The notes under the pieces are model-generated. The model was given only the letters and a program-made list of their open reading frames with translations. It was not told the DNA's origin and ran no database searches. A stretch of DNA of 10,945 nt from a virus, in IMG/VR virus record IMGVR_UViG_3300035698_005843, positions 1 to 10,945 of that record; one strand, written 5' to 3'. Below, piece by piece: positions 1 through 5,034 of the stretch (position 1 is its first letter; each line of letters begins with the position of its first letter). Both the position numbers and the translations under genes were made by a program.

Positions 1-127
1 CAGCCAGACCCGGAACCAGTTCCGGATCCGGCTCCGGTTCCAGATCCGGTTGAGGAAAAGCCGGATCTTATTAAGAAAGCAAACGAAGCCGCTGCCCGCC
101 TGGAAAAGGCTAATGTTGACATGGCAG
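1..127. repeat. Terminal direct repeat, copy 1 (identical to 10819-10945). Indicates circular closure or terminal redundancy of a 10,818-bp genome.
   Basis: Base-by-base comparison: 1-127 (cagccagacccgg...gttgacatggcag) equals the last 127 bases of the window. Confidence 0.95.
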
Positions 128-291
128 CATTGATCCAAAAACAGGAACAACTGCAAGTTGAAAAGACACTTGGAGGGGAAGCCCACGCAGGCACGCTACA
201 CAAGACCAAAGAGGAGAAAAATGTGGATAATGCTAAAGAGTTCCTTCGAGGCACTGGGTACGAAGATGAAATTTTTGAGCAAGAAGTGTAA
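1..291 (+). CDS. 3' part of the wrap-around ORF (full gene 10786..10818 + 1..291, 107 aa). Helical and charged. Putative scaffolding-like protein just upstream of the capsid genes.
   Basis: Open frame 1 from base 1 to the TAA at 289-291. Translation: ...ALIQKQEQLQVEKTLGGEAHAGTLHKTKEEKNVDNAKEFLRGTGYEDEIFEQEV. The position between the portal block and the capsid genes is typical for scaffold proteins. The function is inferred only. Confidence 0.45.
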   Translation, partial: QPDPEPVPDPAPVPDPVEEKPDLIKKANEAAARLEKANVDMAALIQKQEQLQVEKTLGGEAHAGTLHKTKEEKNVDNAKEFLRGTGYEDEIFEQEV

Positions 292-376
292 GAAATGCGG
301 CAAGCTCCGGAAATTCCTGGCAGGATCTGAACGAGACAAAAAACAGATCTGCGGGGAATGCTGGCACTGGAAATAA
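266..376 (+). CDS. 36-aa zinc-ribbon mini-protein (MKFLSKKCKKCGKLRKFLAGSERDKKQICGECWHWK), CxxC-x17-CxxC.
   Basis: Internal ATG of the 158..376 ORF. The upstream part of that ORF overlaps the scaffold-like frame and starts at a TTG. Paralogous in pattern to the C-terminus of 10568..10789. Confidence 0.5.
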   Translation: MKFLSKKCKKCGKLRKFLAGSERDKKQICGECWHWK

Positions 377-381
377 CAAGT

Positions 382-394
382 TTTAAATAGTAGG
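382..394 (+). promoter_or_regulatory. TTTAAATAGTAGG motif (TATA-box-like) in the 47-nt gap before the capsid gene block.
   Basis: An exact 13-nt copy also occurs at 6620-6632. Both sit in the only short intergenic gaps. TTTAAATA fits the archaeal TATA consensus (about TTTAWATA). Confidence 0.4.
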
Positions 395-423
395 CTACCC
401 AAAAAGTATCTTGGTGATTGAAT

Positions 424-825
424 ATGGCTAATGAAGCGGTTATAATCGAATTATTTAATGGTGGCAAACCTGCGGATTTCACATGCGCAGACGGCACAAC
501 TATTCTAAAGGGTACATTGCTGGAGCTTACTTCTCCACGCACAGTTATTGCAAATACAAATGATAATGCTCCTGTCGTCGGTATAGCAGCAGCTGAAAAA
601 GTTGCAAACGATGGCTCTGTCACAATTGCGGCATATCAAGATGGAGTTTTCGACATGCTGACTGATAGCGGAATAGATGCAGTCGGCGCATTGATGGCAA
701 ACTCAGCCACAGAAAATACGATACAGGGTGCAGATGCTACTGATGTAATACAGGGTTCAGTAATTGGTAAAGTTCTTGAAACCTGTACAAATGGTGGCAC
801 ACATGCGGTAAGGGTGAATCTCTAA
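424..825 (+). CDS. Putative head decoration protein (DUF2190-like pattern), 133 aa.
   Basis: ATG at 424, preceded by GGTGA at 413-417. The ORF-track start at 418 is a TTG. The protein is small and Gly/Val/Ala-rich, apparently beta-rich (..VVGIAAAEKVANDGSVTIAAYQDGVFDM..GALMAN..VIGKVLE..). It lies immediately upstream of the major capsid gene, the usual place for this family. Confidence 0.55.
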   Translation: MANEAVIIELFNGGKPADFTCADGTTILKGTLLELTSPRTVIANTNDNAPVVGIAAAEKVANDGSVTIAAYQDGVFDMLTDSGIDAVGALMANSATENTIQGADATDVIQGSVIGKVLETCTNGGTHAVRVNL

Positions 826-826
826 A

Positions 827-1675
827 ATGGCAGATTCCACAGGCGAAGCAGATTTAAGAGCAGAAAATTTTTCGAGTATTGTAAAAGGTTTTGCATTACA
901 AGAGTATAAGATGAAACAGCTGTGCATGATTGAAAGTTCAAGTGCATGGACTGAAACATACTATCAAGAAACAGCAGCCGATCTCACAGCAGGCGGTAAC
1001 AGAGATGTCGAAGGTGTATCAAGACTAGCTAATTTCCCCTACGGAGAAGTTACCTGGACAAAAGTTTCCGCTAGCAATATAAAGCATGCAATGGAAGGCG
1101 TACTGTCATGGGAAGATGTGAAAACCAATAACATTCCCATGATCGCACGGACATTACTAAGGATCGCACGCGCAGTTGCAAAGTCAATAGATGGCGTAAT
1201 TGCCGCTAAGATAGTTTCCGATGCTGGCAATACCCAAGCTGCAAATGCAACATGGGATAATGCTATCATAGCAAATCGGGATCCCATTCAGGACATCCTC
1301 AATGCGAAATCGCTCATTTCCATTGACAACTACAATCCTGATAAAAACTCCTTCCTTCTTGTCCACCCCACAGGGCTCTCGCATCTGCTCGGCAATCCCA
1401 ACATTCGGAATGCTGGTCAATTCTACACAGATGCAGTCACAAGAAACGGCAAAGTCGGTCAACTATTGGGCTTGACAGTCATAAGCTCAAATTCAGTTAC
1501 CGATGGTGGTGCTCAGATAGTAATCGCTAGAGAAGCCCTCACCTGGAAATCAGTTGTCGGCCTCACTACGAAAACTATTGAGGATCCAGGGATCAAATAT
1601 ACTATTCGATCCTTTGAAGTCGGCCAGATCCAGGTATCAAACCCGGATGCAATTTGCAAAATAACAGGTGTATAA
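827..1675 (+). CDS. Major capsid protein, HK97-fold type, 282 aa.
   Basis: Size, position after the scaffold-like and decoration-like genes, and sequence character typical of the Phage_capsid family (..NIPMIARTLLRIARAVAKSIDGVI.., ..FLLVHPTGLSHLL.., ..LLGLTVISSNSV..AQIVIAREAL..). Confidence 0.8.
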   Translation: MADSTGEADLRAENFSSIVKGFALQEYKMKQLCMIESSSAWTETYYQETAADLTAGGNRDVEGVSRLANFPYGEVTWTKVSASNIKHAMEGVLSWEDVKTNNIPMIARTLLRIARAVAKSIDGVIAAKIVSDAGNTQAANATWDNAIIANRDPIQDILNAKSLISIDNYNPDKNSFLLVHPTGLSHLLGNPNIRNAGQFYTDAVTRNGKVGQLLGLTVISSNSVTDGGAQIVIAREALTWKSVVGLTTKTIEDPGIKYTIRSFEVGQIQVSNPDAICKITGV

Positions 1676-1822
1676 ATGGCAAACGCACCACTTTTATACA
1701 ATGGGAGTGCAACAGATACAGCAGCTATCACCGCCGCACTGGGTACAAAAGACCCAGTAGATATTTTCATTATTCCCAATGCAGGCGGCCATGGAGTTGC
1801 AATATTCGAACAGGGGGCATAA
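1676..1822 (+). CDS. 48-aa hypothetical protein (MANAPLLYNGSATDTAAITAALGTKDPVDIFIIPNAGGHGVAIFEQGA).
   Basis: The ATG directly follows the capsid gene stop (TAAATG). The ORF fills an otherwise empty gap and is below the ORF-track length cut-off. Confidence 0.45.
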   Translation: MANAPLLYNGSATDTAAITAALGTKDPVDIFIIPNAGGHGVAIFEQGA

Positions 1823-1823
1823 A

Positions 1824-1964
1824 ATGAGCAAAGCAAATCGAAGATTAATGTATGACCAATTGGTAGCAGCTGATAAACTTTATCAGGATGATGGCGCACT
1901 CGTCAGAGAGTTCGGCATCCCCAAACCAAAATTGGCACAAAAGGTTGATAAAGTTGGCAAGTGA
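1824..1964 (+). CDS. 46-aa hypothetical protein (MSKANRRLMYDQLVAADKLYQDDGALVREFGIPKPKLAQKVDKVGK).
   Basis: Internal ATG of the 1779..1964 ORF, one base after the previous stop. The sequence looks like a natural protein. Confidence 0.5.
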   Translation: MSKANRRLMYDQLVAADKLYQDDGALVREFGIPKPKLAQKVDKVGK

Positions 1965-2097
1965 TGTAGTTCAATCCTTAACAGTGAAACAGTTAAGGAC
2001 TGGTACATATGTAAGTGGAGCCGCAACAGATAGTACAGGCTACATCATCATAAAAGATGAAGGTGGCACAGATAGAAAAGTTATGATTCAAGCGTGA
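1954..2097 (+). CDS. About 47-aa hypothetical protein, start uncertain (TTG at 1954 proposed; ORF envelope 1888..2097).
   Basis: The C-terminal part (..VVQSLTVKQLRTGTYVSGAATDSTGYIIIKDEGGTDRKVMIQA) is the only open frame here. The 1888 ATG would overlap 1824..1964 by 77 nt and gives an odd Ser-rich N-terminus. AAGG lies 9-10 nt upstream of the TTG at 1954. Confidence 0.35.
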   Translation: MASDVVQSLTVKQLRTGTYVSGAATDSTGYIIIKDEGGTDRKVMIQA

Positions 2098-2107
2098 GAA
2101 ACAGAAA

Positions 2108-2452
2108 ATGGCAGCAGATGTAATCAAAGCACTAGAATGTAAAGAATTAAAAATTAATTGTGATGGTTCTCAAATTGCATTTGATTGCAGAACCGAAGCA
2201 TCCTCAGGCCGAGCAGCATTTTTTTATTCTAATGTAAGCGGAGCTTCAGCTCAAGTTGTTTCAATACATCAAGATCATGTTACGGCAGCAATTCCAGTTT
2301 TACAACTCAGGCAAGATGATGAGAGCGAAGGATTCATTGCTTTTTCAGGTTCTGACCGTGGGGTCATAGCAGCTGCAACAGCTTCCTCAAAATCTGTTCG
2401 AGTAGAATTGGGTGGAGAAATATATAGATTAGCATTATATGTAGACGCGTAA
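2108..2452 (+). CDS. 114-aa hypothetical protein, probably structural.
   Basis: Clean ORF in the capsid/fibre gene block. No recognisable motif. Confidence 0.55.
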   Translation: MAADVIKALECKELKINCDGSQIAFDCRTEASSGRAAFFYSNVSGASAQVVSIHQDHVTAAIPVLQLRQDDESEGFIAFSGSDRGVIAAATASSKSVRVELGGEIYRLALYVDA

Positions 2453-2460
2453 TATACAAA

Positions 2461-3201
2461 ATGGTATCACTCAATAGTGCGGCAAAGCAGTTAAAAACAT
2501 CTTCTTCTAGACAGAAACCAACCGCACCAGGCGCGGCAGGTTACGACAATGCCCGAGAAAATATAGATACTCATATAAAGACTAAAGCGATTTCCTCAAA
2601 AGAACTGGAAATCGCCTCAATCAATGATGTTGTCAGGTTCGGTGGCGGATCTACATCATCTCAAGCCGCCACCGAGGTTTCCATTTGGACAGCTTCCGCT
2701 GTTAATACTACAACTGGAACCATCCGCCTTTATTGTGATAATACAGGCAATGTAGGAATAGGAAACAATGCAACCCCTACATTGATGTTAGATGTCAATC
2801 AGAAATCTGGCATATCCTCTACGGGTGCATTCTGTATAAAATTACTGAATGGCACCGGAGCAAACTCAGTTGAGGGCCAGCTTGCAGCAGTTTACACTGC
2901 CACCGCTGTCGATGAAGTATACAAAACAGCCGCAGCCAATGATTTGGGAGTAATTGGGGTAGTGCTAGAATCCGGTATTGCAGCTGGAGCACCAACCTGG
3001 ATAGTAGTCAGTGGACTAACAAATGTATTAATAGATTCAGGCGGATGCGTCAGGGGAGATAGACTAGTGAGCAGTGCAACAGCAGGCAGCGCAATTGTCA
3101 GCAACACACCAGCTGTTGCTGTACATTTCCAAGAAATAGGCCATGCAGTCGCCTCACAAATAGGCGCAGGCCTGGCCCGAACAGTAATTCATTTATTGTA
3201 A
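2461..3201 (+). CDS. Putative fibre or receptor-binding protein, 246 aa.
   Basis: Contains GNVGIGNNATPTLMLDV, which resembles the N-VGIG-T-P---LDV motif common in phage tail-fibre proteins. It is Ser/Thr/Ala/Gly-rich. The C-terminal about 100 aa shows a DUF2190-like pattern similar to the 424..825 product. Confidence 0.5.
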   Translation: MVSLNSAAKQLKTSSSRQKPTAPGAAGYDNARENIDTHIKTKAISSKELEIASINDVVRFGGGSTSSQAATEVSIWTASAVNTTTGTIRLYCDNTGNVGIGNNATPTLMLDVNQKSGISSTGAFCIKLLNGTGANSVEGQLAAVYTATAVDEVYKTAAANDLGVIGVVLESGIAAGAPTWIVVSGLTNVLIDSGGCVRGDRLVSSATAGSAIVSNTPAVAVHFQEIGHAVASQIGAGLARTVIHLL

Positions 3202-3209
3202 AATTCACA

Positions 3210-4004
3210 ATGGTTCAACAACGCAAAGTTGCAACGCGTAGTGGGGGTGTTGCAGAAAAAACAGAGAAAATCATAAATTGCATGCAGCATTATCCGGAAG
3301 GCTGCACGCCTCAAATGATTGCCCTCGCATCGTCGATAAATGTCAATACAGTCAAGTCTCTAATTCCCAAAATCCCGGAAATTAGGAAAATGATGCGCGG
3401 CTACTATAAAGTTGTTGAAAGGGGGGACGGTGCCTTTTATCCCCCACTGAAAAACTGGAACTTCCACAACTGCATTTTGTCATTCCAAACCCAAGAACCC
3501 CACAACAAACACCGCCTCGAATGTATCCAAGAGTACGGCCTGTTTTCCCTAAAATTCCAGGAAAACAAGCATGGTGTAGTGACGTGTCGTGTGTGTACCG
3601 AGTACCCCCTCAATGTGACGAGCATAGAATTGGTGTGTGTGTTGTTGAGGGAGATGTATTGGTATTATCTAACCCCCGACAAGATCACCATCCAAACCAT
3701 CGAATTCAATCATGACTACAGCAATCTCCGCCTTGACGGGCTTCAATGTGTTACAGTCGACTCCCTCGTTGAACAATTCAAAGTATACCAAAAACGCCAG
3801 GGGATGCGTATAGAGCACAAGACAAAGATACCTTTCGCCGCCGCTGACATTATCGAGATGCTCAAGAATAACCCGGAGAGCTTGGAGACAAACATGAAGC
3901 TCTCCGCCCAAAGACAAGAAATAGAGAAGCTGACACAGGCCACGACCAACAACACGGCGATCCTGTTGAAGCTAATAGATAAACAAACGGAGGCACTACA
4001 ATGA
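3210..4004 (+). CDS. 264-aa protein with an N-terminal winged-helix-like region and a C-terminal coiled coil. Candidate replication initiator or regulator.
   Basis: The N-terminus (..PEGCTPQMIALASSINVNTVKSLIPKIPEIRKMMRGYYKVV) looks like a wHTH. The C-terminus (..LETNMKLSAQRQEIEKLTQATTNNTAILLKLIDKQTEALQ) looks like a coiled coil. It is the largest non-structural ORF. The function is inferred. Confidence 0.6.
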   Translation: MVQQRKVATRSGGVAEKTEKIINCMQHYPEGCTPQMIALASSINVNTVKSLIPKIPEIRKMMRGYYKVVERGDGAFYPPLKNWNFHNCILSFQTQEPHNKHRLECIQEYGLFSLKFQENKHGVVTCRVCTEYPLNVTSIELVCVLLREMYWYYLTPDKITIQTIEFNHDYSNLRLDGLQCVTVDSLVEQFKVYQKRQGMRIEHKTKIPFAAADIIEMLKNNPESLETNMKLSAQRQEIEKLTQATTNNTAILLKLIDKQTEALQ

Positions 4005-4114
4005 AAAAAGCATTAATAGAACAATACTTTTTTGAATCTTACGGGGAATGGTATCCTAAGTACACAAATGATGCACCAGAATGGACAGTGTTTGTACAGA
4101 GGTTACTAAAATGA
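4001..4114 (+). CDS. 37-aa hypothetical protein (MKKALIEQYFFESYGEWYPKYTNDAPEWTVFVQRLLK).
   Basis: ATGA overlaps at both ends (4001-4004 and 4111-4114) link it exactly to its neighbours. Confidence 0.45.
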   Translation: MKKALIEQYFFESYGEWYPKYTNDAPEWTVFVQRLLK

Positions 4115-4281
4115 AACAAGACTGCAGCAATTGTATGCATGGCGATATAGCTAAAACAGATTTTCCATGTGATCGTTGCATAAGGAAACCAAACGAATTA
4201 GATAGATGGGATGCAAGAGAGAGATGCCAGGCATGTAATCAACCTAAGCCAGTGATTCAGGGTGTGGGGGTTATAGAATGA
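4111..4281 (+). CDS. 56-aa Cys-rich zinc-finger protein (three CxxC pairs).
   Basis: MKQDCSNCMHGDIAKTDFPCDRCIRKPNELDRWDARERCQACNQPKPVIQGVGVIE. The ATG at 4111 overlaps the upstream stop. The ORF-track start at 4081 would overlap the 37-aa ORF. Confidence 0.55.
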   Translation: MKQDCSNCMHGDIAKTDFPCDRCIRKPNELDRWDARERCQACNQPKPVIQGVGVIE

Positions 4282-4406
4282 TCCCCCACACGCAAGAGGA
4301 ATATGACGAGATGCAGGAGGCAGACATAACATTCAAACAACTACAAAATGACAGTCGAAAAGCTACAAAGAGTGCTATGGCGCCTGAGGCGCTACAGCAT
4401 AGGTAA
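4278..4406 (+). CDS. Possible 42-aa ORF (MIPHTQEEYDEMQEADITFKQLQND...). Weak call.
   Basis: ATGA overlap with the previous stop, but the last 59 nt overlap 4348..4566. It fills an otherwise unexplained 66-nt gap. Confidence 0.25.
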   Translation: MIPHTQEEYDEMQEADITFKQLQNDSRKATKSAMAPEALQHR

Positions 4407-4566
4407 CAACCATCCATATAATAGCGACCTAAAGAAAGCGATTATGTATGAATGCGGGACAAGCCCGCAAACATTCAGAGATAATCGTAAGGCGCTACGC
4501 GCCCTTGGCTGGATCAAACCTTATAATCGCATAAGGATAACATTGACAGACGAGGATCTTCAGTGA
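4348..4566 (+). CDS. 72-aa helix-turn-helix DNA-binding protein.
   Basis: ..LKKAIMYECGTSPQTFRDNRKALRALGWIKPY.. has the look of an HTH recognition unit. It is the last gene before the non-coding island. Confidence 0.55.
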   Translation: MTVEKLQRVLWRLRRYSIGNNHPYNSDLKKAIMYECGTSPQTFRDNRKALRALGWIKPYNRIRITLTDEDLQ

Positions 4567-4575
4567 CAAAACAGC

Positions 4576-4581
4576 TATAAT
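4576..4581 (+). promoter_or_regulatory. Perfect TATAAT hexamer 9 nt after the stop of the HTH gene. Possible start signal for transcription of the non-coding island.
   Basis: gcTATAATgcacc. There is no properly spaced -35: TTGACA at 4543-4548 is 27 nt away and GTGACA at 4563-4568 is 7 nt away. Confidence 0.25.
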
Positions 4582-4589
4582 GCACCAGG

Positions 4590-5000
4590 CCGCCCGCCGT
4601 GAAAGACGGCGTCCGAGTCCTAAGATCGATTACGATCTTACACCTCAGGTCATAACGATGACCGATGGTGCCGGACATTTCGTCCAGATGGGCACCTCAG
4701 GACGAAATTGGAGCGGAAAAGCTAGAACGTTGGGGATGCGACTACGACGCACACTAAGCAGGCGACTACAGCTTAGTAACCCCAACAACCCAGCTTTACC
4801 AAAGCTCCATGCGGACGCCGTCTTTCACGGGATCTCAACTGTGCATCTTACTGTTCGCCTGTGGGCTCACAGCCCCGGTCGGCTGACGCCTCCCTCCCCG
4901 GCGCGGCTCCTAACGTCGCCGCCCTGCGGGCGGTATCCATGTCGTTGTGTATGTATAGCGGATGTGAGGTTGATTGCGTGGGTGGTGTGTGTACCCCTTG
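4590..5000 (+). ncRNA. Candidate structured non-coding RNA or leader of unknown class. The alternative is a DNA-level pac/cos/ori element. The boundaries are approximate.
   Basis: It is the only long non-coding stretch and is GC-rich. Many nested perfect helices are present (listed in the findings). The 161-aa ORF over it has no SD and a low-complexity Arg/Pro/Ser-rich translation. Both minus-strand frames are open across its 3' half, which fits GC-rich non-coding sequence. The strand was chosen from gene orientation and the upstream TATAAT only. Confidence 0.45.
4597..4830. repeat. Perfect 19-bp inverted repeat (arms 4597-4615 and 4812-4830) enclosing 196 nt.
   Basis: CCGTGAAAGACGGCGTCCG versus CGGACGCCGTCTTTCACGG. 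All 19 positions were checked as Watson-Crick complements. Confidence 0.95.
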
Positions 5001-5022
5001 AAAGATTTTTATCAGAAAAATT

Positions 5023-5028
5023 AGGAGG
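5023..5028 (+). promoter_or_regulatory. Strong Shine-Dalgarno (AGGAGG) for the 5035 ORF.
   Basis: AGGAGG lies 6 nt upstream of the ATG at 5035. Confidence 0.7.
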
Positions 5029-5034
5029 AAAACA

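Noticed and set aside
1-127. The 127-bp end repeat as a genuine physical direct terminal repeat.
   Set aside because: It cannot be told apart from an assembler k-mer overlap on a circular path. It lies in the middle of a coding sequence with no signal-like features. It is treated only as evidence that the sequence closes on itself.
158-376. Full-length 72-aa version of the first ORF, and similar long versions at 418, 1779, 4081, 5132 and 6397.
   Set aside because: These start at TTG or at upstream codons that overlap the preceding gene extensively. Internal ATGs placed exactly at or just after the upstream stop give a consistent non-redundant gene map.
3589-3599. 11-nt match GTGTGTGTACC shared between 3589-3599 (inside CDS 3210..4004) and 4985-4995 (GT-rich tract).
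   Set aside because: It is low-complexity GT-repeat sequence and the match is short enough to be chance. There is no flanking similarity.
4543-4581. Canonical sigma-70 promoter (TTGACA at 4543-4548 plus TATAAT at 4576-4581).
   Set aside because: The spacer is 27 nt, against an optimum of about 17. The nearer GTGACA (4563-4568) leaves only 7 nt. Only the isolated TATAAT is kept, as a low-confidence signal.
4738-4779. tmRNA-like tag reading frame (GCG ACU ACG ACG CAC ACU AAG CAG GCG ACU ACA GCU UAG UAA ends in Ala plus a double stop).
   Set aside because: No tRNA-like domain is present: no acceptor stem with a 3' CCA context and no T-arm with a GUUCRAAUC-type loop. The predicted tag lacks the usual hydrophobic LAA-type ending. 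The resemblance is superficial.
4597-4830. Miniature inverted-repeat transposable element (19-bp terminal inverted repeats, 234 bp).
   Set aside because: I can see no target-site duplication flanking the arms (left flank ..ggccgcccg, right flank ggatctcaac..). There is no second copy in the genome. The interior is packed with its own nested helices. I cannot fully exclude it without database searches.
4859-4933. HDV-like self-cleaving ribozyme (GC-rich, C-rich loop between short helices).
   Set aside because: I could not thread a 7-bp P1 pairing next to the GCC/GGC mini-helix (4888-4890/4900-4902), nor a consistent P2 or P1.1. I also found no hammerhead (CUGANGA...GAAA) core in the island.
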